From positions 179,979-243,978 of the forward strand of contig JBAZWG010000001.1 in assembly GCA_041660505.1 (NCBI GenBank): a DNA stretch of 64,000 nt, in the 5' to 3' direction. This document shows, in pieces, positions 47,071 through 55,839 of the stretch. Both the position numbers and the translations under genes were made by a program. The notes beneath the pieces were generated by a model. That model worked only from the letters and a program-made list of their open reading frames with translations. It did not search any database and was not told the DNA's origin. Every line of letters starts with the position of its first letter. Positions within the stretch are counted from its first letter, which is position 1. Source of the DNA: Minisyncoccota bacterium. Its GTDB lineage: Bacteria > Patescibacteriota > Minisyncoccia > Phycocordibacterales > JACRKE01.

Positions 47071-47763
47071 CTACGAACGCTTTTCGCGCTTTGCGAGCAC
47101 GTAGGCGTTATCGAAGTAACGCTGCTCGATGAAGTCATGAATGCTGACGCTTTCGAGACTTCTACCGGCGCGATTGGCAAACATAGGGAATCTACTCACC
47201 GTATCATTCATTCCTCGGTCGTTTACCCATGGAATGAACAGGTACCGTTTTTCGCAAAACCAGGGAAAGCTTGCAACGAAAAGGTAGGCCTCGCGCAAGC
47301 TGATGGGAGACAGATCGCTGTCTCCCCGCCCGGTGCGCTCCCTATCCTTCTTATACATCTGGTTGACGAGATCTCGTGGGGTCTCCGCGTGATAGCCTTC
47401 GTCGCCTAGCTCAATCGGCTCAAAGACGATTCTGTTGCCGGCGTTGACACCTTCCGAGACGCACGGCATTTCCCAGTTGAACCTCTCACTGAATCCATCC
47501 TCGATGTAGTTGAGGCGACAGGCGGCGAGCAGTTTCTGGGTGTGTGGTGTAGCCGAACCCACTTCAATCGGCAAACCGGTCTCTGCAAGAAAGCTACAGA
47601 GGTTGATCTTGCTGAGAAGCAAGTATTCGAGTGCTTCCTCGTTGTCGAGCAGTCGCTGTGCGAGCTCTCCGTCCAGTCTCCCATACAAATAGGAAAACCG
47701 AATCTGGAGAAACTCCGTTTGCCCTTGCGACACCGACTTACGCGGTATCCTTGGCTTAACCAT
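47071..47763 (-). CDS. hypothetical protein
   Basis: ORF 47071..47904 trimmed to MVKPRIP. No recognisable domain. Confidence 0.35.
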   Translation of the reverse strand: MVKPRIPRKSVSQGQTEFLQIRFSYLYGRLDGELAQRLLDNEEALEYLLLSKINLCSFLAETGLPIEVGSATPHTQKLLAACRLNYIEDGFSERFNWEMPCVSEGVNAGNRIVFEPIELGDEGYHAETPRDLVNQMYKKDRERTGRGDSDLSPISLREAYLFVASFPWFCEKRYLFIPWVNDRGMNDTVSRFPMFANRAGRSLESVSIHDFIEQRYFDNAYVLAKREKRS

Positions 47764-47952
47764 GACAAAACTCCTTTTCCAGCCAATGGGAATGATTCCC
47801 AAAAGCCCTAATTCCTCCGTGGGTGGAGACGTACTGTTCCATGTTCCCCCAGAGGCGAGTGACCGTATCAAGGTTGTTATAGCATACTGCCAACAAGAGA
47901 ACAACTCGACCCCAGTGGCTCATTTCCCACCATTTGACCCGAGGATGCTTGG

Positions 47953-48000
47953 TCGCCGAGGAGAGACCTCCGCTTTTACCGGAGGACTCACCTCGGCGAC
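47953..48000. repeat. GC-rich palindromic element, copy 2
   Basis: GTCGCCGAGGAGAGACCTCCGCTTTTACCGGAGGACTCACCTCGGCGAC. Confidence 0.7.
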
Positions 48001-48013
48001 AGAATATTAAGAC

Positions 48014-48062
48014 GGCAAGGTCTCTCCTCAAGGAGCGGAGCGGGAAGAGGTGAGTCCTTGCC
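48014..48062. repeat. GC-rich palindromic element, divergent copy 3
   Basis: GGCAAGGTCTCTCCTCAAGGAGCGGAGCGGGAAGAGGTGAGTCCTTGCC. Confidence 0.6.
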
Positions 48063-48066
48063 GCCC

Positions 48067-50427
48067 TTACAGGTCGTCTTCCGACAGATACGGGATCCCG
48101 CGCTCGTCAGCCTTGACTATGGCGCCGTTGGTTTCTATTATTTCGCCTCCTTGGAGGAGGACTTCGAGCGCTATCCCCTGGAACGGCTTAGTGAGGAGCG
48201 CCGGGTCATAAATGAAGTCGCCAAGGCTATAGGCGATGACGCCGTCTTTGTACCTTTCGATACTGCCGACCTCGTGCGGGCCGACGCCTATCACTATCTT
48301 CGCACCGGCATCAATGAGGCTCTTGGCAAATACGCTGGCACCAACTTCATCGATACTCTCGGCGCCTGCGTTCGCATTATAGATAACCGCGAGGAATTGT
48401 ACTTTTGCGGCCGAATTGCGAACAGTCTCGAGAAACGAAGAAATGTCCGCCGGATCGATTGAATTTATAACCGGAACATTCGAGGGTGACGAAAGCCAAG
48501 CCGGCGCGCCAATGGCGACATTCAAAAATCCGACGGTCATACCGCTTACGGTCTGTGTCCGCAAGACGCCGGCCTCGGTTGCGTCTCTGCCGATACCGAC
48601 CGGCGTTACTCCGGCGCTAGCCAGTGTCGTGACAGTATCGCCAATCGCCCCCCTGCCCCAATCACCCGCGTGGCTGGTTGCGAGCGATGCGACAGTAACG
48701 CCGGCATCGTGAAGCGTCTTGGCAAAACCGGATGGCGCTTTAAAAGACGGGTGACTCCCGAGATCATAGCCAACGTCAGAGACCGGACCGATTATCGAAG
48801 TTATTCCCACATTTGAGTCTTTTAGAAATCCGCTGTTCGCAAAATATTTCATGAAGTCAGTTGAACTCTTCGGCAATGTATTTTTCGGTAACGCTATCGT
48901 GCCGAGGAAGATCAGAGAGGCGCGATCCTTTGCATCTTCATTGGCGAAGAGTGATTCGGTCGGAATTTTAGCCACCGTGCGCAGAGTGACACCCTTGTCG
49001 TACACCAAGCTATCATAAAGCTGATTGAGAATTAGTTTATTATCGCGGTCGCGGTTGGCACTATTCAAAAGGACGATGCCGATGTTCTTCTTACTGAATT
49101 CTGCCAAGGGTAATGAAAATAACGAGACCGAGGTCAGCCCCGACTCATCGATATAGCCAGTCTTGCCGCCAATATATCTGTCATCTTTGGCCAGAACGAA
49201 TTTATTATGATTGGTCCAAACATGTCGCGCCGCACCTTCAGGACTCTTGAGCGTGTAGCTATAGGTCTTCGCAATGTTCAGTACATCGGGGCGGAATTTG
49301 TAGAGATATTGTGCAAGAGTGAAAAGATCTTTGGCCGAAGAGACGTTGTGAGACGATAGCCCCGATGGGTCGCCGAATGAAGTATGCGCAAGCTTGAGCG
49401 TCTTTGCCTTCTCATTCATCTTGGCGATGAACTGGTCGCGGCCAAACGACTCTGCAATGGCCTCGGCCATGTCGTTCGATGATTCCAAGAGAAGCGGGTA
49501 AAGCGCGTCGTTTACGCCCATACGTTCGCCGACAAATAGTTCTCCTTCGGTACCGAGCGTCGTTAGCGCGCGTTGGCTCACCTGCACCACGTTATCTTTA
49601 GAATAGTCTTCTGTCGCGACAAGTGTCGTGAATAATTTAGAAATTGACGCTATCGAACGTGTTTTGTCTTCATCGCGATTCATAATTACCTCGCCGGTAT
49701 CCAAGTCGGCGATGTAATAGGAGAGCGAGTTTAGGCGCAAGACCGACTTTGGAACGGCTGTGTAAGCCGGAATGAGCGCACCGATAGAAGCCAAGCGTTC
49801 GACGGAGACGAAGGTTGACTCCTTTTTTGTCTTTACTATCACCACGTCTCCGGTGCTCAAGAAGCGATATACGGCCGCAGCATCAGCCGATTTGAGATGT
49901 ATCGACCCGAACGTGTTTTTAGGGCTGTCACCAGGCTTTGTTTTGTATGGGTCACCATGGATGAAGGTGTTGCCGAATATCTGCACCGCATCGGGGAAAT
50001 TCATCTTGGCGAGCGGAGACGAATGAGAGATTTCTTTAACGAGCACCTTATATCGTCCGGCCGGAGTCTCCCATGGCGAGCCGATGGCGCCAGTAGAGAC
50101 AAGTGCGTAGGTGTCACTGATGAGGCCGCCCTCGTAAAGCGTAATATCATTCTTGTCGAGATCGATTATCGCGGCATGCCCCGTCTTCGGTGGCAAAGAA
50201 TCGCGATAAGTGAGTTTGCCAAGTCCGGCGAAGTTGGCAAGCTTGGCGCTGTTCGTCATGAGCAGATCCTTACCCGATATATCACTACCGCGAAACAATA
50301 ATCCAGAAAGGCCGAAGCCGATAGCGAGCGCCAATATAGCAACGATACTAGTTGTGAGCAGATGTTGTCGTTGCATTGGAGCCTGTCCCTTTAAATTTAT
50401 AAAATACTTTGTCGCCGAGCCGCACAT
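48067..50427 (-). CDS. multidomain cell-wall protein: YkuD/L,D-transpeptidase-like + S11 D-Ala-D-Ala carboxypeptidase + CapA-like metallophosphatase
   Basis: N-terminal TM anchor. The YkuD-like block contains FGSIHLKS with no Cys. An SxxK motif is present (SISKLF). The C-terminal CapA/PGA_cap-like region includes GDFIYDP. Confidence 0.55.
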   Translation of the reverse strand: MCGSATKYFINLKGQAPMQRQHLLTTSIVAILALAIGFGLSGLLFRGSDISGKDLLMTNSAKLANFAGLGKLTYRDSLPPKTGHAAIIDLDKNDITLYEGGLISDTYALVSTGAIGSPWETPAGRYKVLVKEISHSSPLAKMNFPDAVQIFGNTFIHGDPYKTKPGDSPKNTFGSIHLKSADAAAVYRFLSTGDVVIVKTKKESTFVSVERLASIGALIPAYTAVPKSVLRLNSLSYYIADLDTGEVIMNRDEDKTRSIASISKLFTTLVATEDYSKDNVVQVSQRALTTLGTEGELFVGERMGVNDALYPLLLESSNDMAEAIAESFGRDQFIAKMNEKAKTLKLAHTSFGDPSGLSSHNVSSAKDLFTLAQYLYKFRPDVLNIAKTYSYTLKSPEGAARHVWTNHNKFVLAKDDRYIGGKTGYIDESGLTSVSLFSLPLAEFSKKNIGIVLLNSANRDRDNKLILNQLYDSLVYDKGVTLRTVAKIPTESLFANEDAKDRASLIFLGTIALPKNTLPKSSTDFMKYFANSGFLKDSNVGITSIIGPVSDVGYDLGSHPSFKAPSGFAKTLHDAGVTVASLATSHAGDWGRGAIGDTVTTLASAGVTPVGIGRDATEAGVLRTQTVSGMTVGFLNVAIGAPAWLSSPSNVPVINSIDPADISSFLETVRNSAAKVQFLAVIYNANAGAESIDEVGASVFAKSLIDAGAKIVIGVGPHEVGSIERYKDGVIAYSLGDFIYDPALLTKPFQGIALEVLLQGGEIIETNGAIVKADERGIPYLSEDDL

Positions 50428-51214
50428 CTATATATTCAAGCGAATGAGGATGGCCTACGTATTCACCTGCAAATCGCGCGCTAGCTATTGTCGCCCGCAG
50501 ACTGTCGGCAACATCTTGCGCCGATTGATCCTTGGTGAACAATACGTACCAGCCGTTTTTTATAAACACACGGAACGAGCCCTCATCTGTTTCCTCGAAC
50601 GAACTTATGCTCAAATTCTGCGCGCTGAATAATTCAATTAATTTACGGAGTTTTTCCGGCACATCATCATTAAATACATTTGTCATCATAAGTGTTGACG
50701 ATGCCAGACGCGGCGAACGGAGCTCCGGATAAACAGGGGCCGAGAGAGCCGGCGCAGGCGCGAAAACGAGCGTGTTGCGATCGGCGTAATAGCAAATACC
50801 ATCCGGTCCGCAGACTATATAGACCGGCGTGCGCTCTGTGACCGAAATGCGCACCCCGTGTGGCGACTCGAGAGCAATAGTTGCTTTCTCGACCCAAGGC
50901 ACGGCTTTCATCAAGTCGGCAGTCATACTACCGGGCGAAGATATCATTGTATAACGAGGGAAAATAAGAAATGTGTTCTGTTTAAGTAATCCGGTGACAG
51001 TGCTCGACACTTCTGTCTCGCGCGATCCTACTACTCCTTGCACCGCCACTGTTTCGATACGTAATACCGGTAAGCGGAAGGCCAGTGCCAGTGCGAGCAA
51101 GTAAATAATAATATTAAGCAAAACCAGGCCGGCCGTGATACCGGAGCGCTTCAGCTTCTTCTGCCGCTGTTCTTTCTTGATCGCCGTAATGGCGCGCCCG
51201 CGGATAACAACCAT
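50348..51214 (-). CDS. ftsQ: cell division protein FtsQ/DivIB-like
   Basis: Basic N-terminus, one TM helix and POTRA-like and beta domains typical of FtsQ. Confidence 0.5.
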   Translation of the reverse strand: MVVIRGRAITAIKKEQRQKKLKRSGITAGLVLLNIIIYLLALALAFRLPVLRIETVAVQGVVGSRETEVSSTVTGLLKQNTFLIFPRYTMISSPGSMTADLMKAVPWVEKATIALESPHGVRISVTERTPVYIVCGPDGICYYADRNTLVFAPAPALSAPVYPELRSPRLASSTLMMTNVFNDDVPEKLRKLIELFSAQNLSISSFEETDEGSFRVFIKNGWYVLFTKDQSAQDVADSLRATIASARFAGEYVGHPHSLEYIDVRLGDKVFYKFKGTGSNATTTSAHN

Positions 51215-52473
51215 TACTTGATTGTATCAAATCCGGTGTACTTTCGTAAAACTTCCGGAATGTTGATACTGCCGTCGGCTTGCTGATAGTTCTCCACAAG
51301 CGAGACCAATATGCGCGGAGTCGGGATGGCCGTGCAGTTCAATGAATGCGCGTATTTAAGTTTGCCTTCTTGGTCGCGGTATTTGATATTCAACCGTCTG
51401 GTCTGGAAATCGTGGAAGTATGACGCGGAGCTTATCTCGCGATATTTCTGCTCCATCGGGACCCAGAGCTCGACGTCATATTTTTTAACTTGGCCGAGGC
51501 CGAGGTCACCACCACAGTTAACTACTGTGTGATACGGAATACCGAGAAGCTCGATAAACTCTTCCGTATTTCTGTTCAATTCTTCATGATACCTGACCGA
51601 CGCTTCATGATTCGCCTCACAGAGAATCACTTGCTCCCATTTATAAAATTCATGCACGCGAATGAGACCCTTCACGTCCTTACTATGACTCCCCGCTTCC
51701 CTACGAAAGCATGGCGAGAATGATATGCATTTCTTGGGTTTGGAAAGGTCGATGACTTCATTCATGAAATATCCCATCGTGCCCACCTCTGCCGTGCCGG
51801 CAAGGAAGTTGCCGTCCTGCGTCTTGTACAAATCCTCTTCTCCTTGCGGGAGAAATCCTGTACCGAGCAATGCTTCGCGCTTAACGAGTGACGGGATTAT
51901 CATCGGCGAGAAACCTTTTTCGCTGAAGAATTTAAGTGCCAACTGCCAGATTGCCAGCGACAGATTGACTCCGGCATTCTTGAGCACATACCCGCGGAAG
52001 CCCGCGATCTTCACCCCGCGGTCGATGTCGAGCATATCCAACTTCTCCATTATCTCGATGTGGCTTTTAGGCGTGAATTCGAATTTGGTCTTTTCTCCCC
52101 AGACCTTCGTCTCCACATTCTGCTCGTCGCTCTCGCCCTCCGGTACGGAGATATCCGGCACGTTCGGTACTTCTAGCATCAACGTGTGCCATTCTTTCAT
52201 TATTTCGCGCAACTCTTCTTCCTTTTTCTGAAGAGTTTCTTTGAGTACCTTCATTTCTGCAATAAGCCCTTCGCGGACTCCACCGTCAGTCGCCCCTGCC
52301 ACCAAGGTGGACGTGGCATTCTGCTTCTCGCGCATACCCTCGACTTCGCGGAGCAAAGCAAGCCGTTTATCGTCGGCAGTGATTAATTTCTCAAGATCCA
52401 ATTTGACGCGTTTCTTCCGCGCCGCCTCCTTTATCAAGTCCGCATTTTCGCGGATAAATTTAATGTCTAACAT
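51214..52473 (-). CDS. serS: serine--tRNA ligase
   Basis: N-terminal coiled-coil arm and class II motifs (FRRE, GYRG...E). 419 aa. Confidence 0.9.
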   Translation of the reverse strand: MLDIKFIRENADLIKEAARKKRVKLDLEKLITADDKRLALLREVEGMREKQNATSTLVAGATDGGVREGLIAEMKVLKETLQKKEEELREIMKEWHTLMLEVPNVPDISVPEGESDEQNVETKVWGEKTKFEFTPKSHIEIMEKLDMLDIDRGVKIAGFRGYVLKNAGVNLSLAIWQLALKFFSEKGFSPMIIPSLVKREALLGTGFLPQGEEDLYKTQDGNFLAGTAEVGTMGYFMNEVIDLSKPKKCISFSPCFRREAGSHSKDVKGLIRVHEFYKWEQVILCEANHEASVRYHEELNRNTEEFIELLGIPYHTVVNCGGDLGLGQVKKYDVELWVPMEQKYREISSASYFHDFQTRRLNIKYRDQEGKLKYAHSLNCTAIPTPRILVSLVENYQQADGSINIPEVLRKYTGFDTIK

Positions 52474-52565
52474 GACTAGTTTTTAGTTGGTAGTTTGTAG
52501 TTTTTAGGAAAGCGAATACAAGACACACTATACCAAAATATGCGCCCGATGTGTAGTGCATTTTG

Positions 52566-52602
52566 AGGTTCGACCTTTCAGATGTCCGATAAGGTCGAAC
52601 TT
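52566..52602. repeat. AGGTTCGACCTT-N13-AAGGTCGAACTT hairpin in the serS leader
   Basis: 12-bp stem with a 13-nt loop. It belongs to the AAGGTTNAACCTT hairpin family. Confidence 0.7.
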
Positions 52603-52645
52603 CTGTCGGTATAACTACACAAGGCAGTCTTGTGCCATAACGCCA

Positions 52646-52873
52646 TTAGGCCGGCACCAATTTTGATGTTGCAAACGGTACTTGAATATCGATATGCGAA
52701 AGGTCATTCAGCGACAGCTTTTTGCTTGCTTCCAAAATCTCAATGCCGAGCAGTGACTTGTCTTCACCAATGTCAAAAATCACACCGTCTGTTGGTTCTT
52801 CATTTTCCAAGAACTTCCCTTCTCGAAGTTTTATGTACAGCGCATCGGCTGTTGTGTCGTAGCTAATTTTCAT
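52646..52873 (-). CDS. DUF2283-family protein (putative antitoxin)
   Basis: 75 aa, MKISYDTTADALYIKL pattern. It overlaps the upstream DUF4258 gene by 11 nt. Confidence 0.55.
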   Translation of the reverse strand: MKISYDTTADALYIKLREGKFLENEEPTDGVIFDIGEDKSLLGIEILEASKKLSLNDLSHIDIQVPFATSKLVPA

Positions 52874-53093
52874 ATGTTTTGTGCCAAATGGTTGAGATGA
52901 TAATCGTATGCTTTCCCTCCGGTTTACAAACTATTTTTATTGTCCCTGCTTTTAACTTCTTAAAGATTACTTCTCGTTCATCGTGTCCTACTATTTTCTC
53001 ATCTGGGTGCTCTAGCCCTTCGTTCACCATTTTCTCGGTGATTGACCGTTCAGCCATTCGCTCTTTTGCGTGTTCCGTATAGATGACGGTCAT
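52863..53093 (-). CDS. DUF4258-family protein (putative toxin)
   Basis: 76 aa, MTVIYTEHAKERMAERSIT pattern. Confidence 0.55.
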   Translation of the reverse strand: MTVIYTEHAKERMAERSITEKMVNEGLEHPDEKIVGHDEREVIFKKLKAGTIKIVCKPEGKHTIIISTIWHKTYEN

Positions 53094-53143
53094 AGGGGTA
53101 TTCTATCACAAACTGGCCAAAATAGAAGCGGTGAGTGCGTTTT

Positions 53144-54139
53144 TTAGCCAATTGTTTTTTGTATGCCATGTCCATTGCAATGTTTGAGTAGCCCGACATA
53201 TGACTGTATTACATCAGGATTATATTCTTTTCCTACTATATTCCGAAACATTCGTTTTTTAGTCTTTGTTCGCAAAATGCGATGATTTGGAAACTGCACA
53301 TAACCGAGAAAATCAATTCCTTGCCGTAGTTTAGAAATCGAAACTTTTTTCGGATGAAGTGAGAGCTTTAGTTTTTCTTGCAAAAAAACGTTGACACGAG
53401 GCAATAAAGCCTCAAGCTCTGTATGACTTTGTGAAAGTATAACGAAATCATCGCAGTAACGAATGTAGTACTTTTGTTTAAGGATATGTTTTACGAACTG
53501 ATCCAGCTCATTCAGGTACACATTGGCAAACAGTTGGCTCGTCACATTGCCGAGCGGTATTGCCTTGCCTTGTATTTTTTCAAAACTGCCGATGATTTTT
53601 TTGATTAGCCACTTAGTATCTTCTCCGTGGATAACATGAGACAGTAGTCTAAGCAAAATTTCGTGATCGATAGTATCGAAAAACTTGCGAATATCGCATT
53701 TGAGCACATACGCGAGCTGATTATTATTCGCACTAACTCTTCGGCCGAACGCATGCAGTCGCTCGACTCCCGCATGCGTTCCCTTGCGAAACCGGCATGA
53801 GTAGGAGTCGAAGATAAAATGCTGATCGAATTGGTGATACAAGACTCGGAAAATTGCTTGGTGTAGTACGCGATCAAAGACCGTTGCTTTGTGGATGTGC
53901 CGGAGTTTCGGATCGCGGACGTAGAACGCTTCATACCGGCCGGTCTCGTATGTTTTGTTTTTTAGCTGTTCGTGGAGCAAAAACAGATTATCTTCGAGTC
54001 GGAATTCAAATTCCTGAACGTCTTGCTTTTTCGTCTTGCCTCGTTTAAACTCGCGCCATGCGGCAAATAGATTTTCGAGTGAAATAATCCGTTCAAATAC
54101 ATGATCGAAAATTCCACTAATAAGACCCCCCCCCGGCAC
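53144..54139 (-). CDS. DGR reverse transcriptase (paralog)
   Basis: Motifs CDIRKFFDTIDH, AIPLGNVTSQLFANVYL (the [LI]GxxxSQ signature) and YIRYCDDFVIL. The GTG start is immediately followed by an in-frame G9 tract encoding PGGG. Confidence 0.85.
   Translation of the reverse strand: MPGGGLISGIFDHVFERIISLENLFAAWREFKRGKTKKQDVQEFEFRLEDNLFLLHEQLKNKTYETGRYEAFYVRDPKLRHIHKATVFDRVLHQAIFRVLYHQFDQHFIFDSYSCRFRKGTHAGVERLHAFGRRVSANNNQLAYVLKCDIRKFFDTIDHEILLRLLSHVIHGEDTKWLIKKIIGSFEKIQGKAIPLGNVTSQLFANVYLNELDQFVKHILKQKYYIRYCDDFVILSQSHTELEALLPRVNVFLQEKLKLSLHPKKVSISKLRQGIDFLGYVQFPNHRILRTKTKKRMFRNIVGKEYNPDVIQSYVGLLKHCNGHGIQKTIG
54126..54134. repeat. homopolymeric C9 tract (G9 on the RT strand) at the RT2 5' end
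   Basis: agaCCCCCCCCCgg, located in codons 2-5 of the RT2 ORF as called and 70 nt from the avd2 ATG. Confidence 0.9.
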
Positions 54140-54206
54140 TCTCCAAATCCCCTTGGTTCATAAGATTCGTGAAGTATATCGGAGTTTATATATTGTCGGC
54201 AAGCGG

Positions 54207-54491
54207 ATGCCGAAGCGAGATAGGTTCGGAATATACCAACAGCTCGAGACGTTAGTCTTGCTCTGTCTGCGGATTGCTATTACGGCCGCCTTATCAAAAC
54301 CGGAACAAAAGCCTCCTTTCATAACACGCTTGCGTATTGAAATTGAAGTATGCAAACAGCTTATCCGCGTGGCACACGAATTGGGCAGTATTGAGCAGAA
54401 AGATTATTTGATGTTATCAGAATTCCTTATCGAATGTTCCAAGATGTCCTATAAGTGGCTTGAGTCTCTAACCAAAAAGGAGCCGCAGTAA
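54207..54491 (+). CDS. avd: Avd-like four-helix-bundle protein (paralog)
   Basis: ORF 54153..54491 (TTG) with likely start MPKRDRFGIY, paralleling avd1 MPRLERFGLG. It is divergent from RT2. Confidence 0.6.
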   Translation: MPKRDRFGIYQQLETLVLLCLRIAITAALSKPEQKPPFITRLRIEIEVCKQLIRVAHELGSIEQKDYLMLSEFLIECSKMSYKWLESLTKKEPQ

Positions 54492-54513
54492 TGCGACTCC
54501 GCTTGGCGAGACT

Positions 54514-54626
54514 ATCTCACGGGTACGCAGGTTCTCGTTCGCATTGTCCGTGTTGTACCAGTTGACGTTCAGCTTGTCGTAGTTCCAGTTCACGTTCGGG
54601 ACGTTGCCGTCGGAATTGCGCGAGCC
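54514..54626 (-). repeat. DGR2 template repeat (TR)
   Basis: 113-nt match to 54934-55046. All 19 mismatches are T (plus strand), so A on the minus strand. Confidence 0.8.
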
Positions 54627-54857
54627 ATGTGTTGCCTCATGCCATCCACTTCACTGGCGGTCTTTTGCAAAGTCGCCTGTTCCCGTTTCTCGCGGTACTG
54701 CGCCGAGGCAGCTCTGTTTGGAGGCAGACTGCAAAATTATTTTTGCAAGACATCCTCGCCAGCATGAGGCACGTAGTTTCGTATAGACTGTGGCAAACCG
54801 ATATCTCGTTTTTTATGCGAGACCGATTGTATGAGCCAGATTAGTAGTATAAAAGAA

Positions 54858-54890
54858 TCGAACCCCATTTGCCAGAGGCAAACAGGGTTC
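54858..54890. repeat. hairpin downstream of VR2
   Basis: CGAACCC-cauuugccagaggcaaaca-GGGUUCG, about 45 nt 3' of the target stop in minus sense. Confidence 0.5.
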
Positions 54891-54922
54891 GAAAAGTGTA
54901 CAAAATAAAAAGGAGGCAAGTG

Positions 54923-55642
54923 TTACGAAACGACCTCACGGGCACGCAGGTGCTCGTGCGCACCGTCCGCGTCGTACCAGTGGACGCTCAGCTTGCCGTA
55001 GTACCAGTACACGAGCGGGACGTAGCCGCCGGAATAGCGCGAGCCCGAGCACAGCGTGATGTTCACGCTGTCCAAATGCTTCCCCGTTTCGAGGAAGTAC
55101 TTGAGCTCCAGGTCAAGGCGCTCGGGCAAGCTGATGCCCTGTACCTTCTTGTCCTCGAGGTCGTTGGCGGAGCAGTTCTTCCACTCGGCGTCTGCCTCAA
55201 CGCCGTCCCGCACCCAGATGGCGTGGGGCTTTTCGGTGCCGAAACGGTCGTTCCGCGTCACCGACGCGTCGAGGTCGGCCGTGTAGCGCCAGCAGGTGAA
55301 CTGCTTGGCGCAGACGTCGAACCTCCGGTTGATGGTGACGCCCGGTGCCTCGATGATGAGGCGACCGAAGCCCGGACGCGTGACGGGGATGGCGAGCTCA
55401 CGCAGGTCGAGTTTGACCTTGTAGAGATCGCCCCAATAGGCAATCCACGGGGTGAGCAACTTCTTGCGTGCCCGCCCGCCGAGCGCGCGCGGCCCCGTGC
55501 CTGCGCGCTCGAGCTTGAACGGGTTCCGACGCTGGAGGAAGAGCTTGACCTCTTCCTCGCTCAAGGCACCCGCCTTGAGCTTCGCCGTGAAGTCGACCAA
55601 AAGGTCGAACTTCGTGTTGTTACCGGCCTGTCCGTCAGACAT
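54923..55642 (-). CDS. DGR2 target protein (C-type-lectin-like C-terminus carrying VR)
   Basis: SD AGGAGG precedes the ATG by 6 nt. The C-terminus ...SGSRYSGGYVPLVYWYYGKLSVHWYDADGAHEHLRAREVVS is encoded by the VR. Confidence 0.7.
   Translation of the reverse strand: MSDGQAGNNTKFDLLVDFTAKLKAGALSEEEVKLFLQRRNPFKLERAGTGPRALGGRARKKLLTPWIAYWGDLYKVKLDLRELAIPVTRPGFGRLIIEAPGVTINRRFDVCAKQFTCWRYTADLDASVTRNDRFGTEKPHAIWVRDGVEADAEWKNCSANDLEDKKVQGISLPERLDLELKYFLETGKHLDSVNITLCSGSRYSGGYVPLVYWYYGKLSVHWYDADGAHEHLRAREVVS
54934..55046 (-). repeat. DGR2 variable repeat (VR)
   Basis: A/G/C at the 19 positions where TR2 has T (plus strand). Confidence 0.8.
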
Positions 55643-55839
55643 AGCCAGCCTCCTTTATTTCAATGCCTTTGGCTTTCCGGCAAACTATTTGCCATAAAAC
55701 CGCAAGCGTTCAGCTGGTTTTATATTATACAATAATTTACAATCTGTCAAGATAGGTTTTTTCGCTTAGTACACAACTTGGCACGGCCGTAACAAGTTAT
55801 GTACTATTATTTTTATAGCACACAAGACTCCCCCGTGTG

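Larger units (their letters stand above)
53144..55642 (-). mobile_element. diversity-generating retroelement 2 (RT, divergent avd, TR, target with 3' VR)
   Basis: Same architecture as DGR1. See the component features. Confidence 0.8.

Noticed and set aside
52474-52645. Possible T-box riboswitch in the serS leader
   Set aside because: No T-box consensus (AGGGUGGNACCGCG-like) or specifier-loop architecture was found. Only the small AGGTTCGACCTT hairpin and a TGnTATAGT -10 are present.
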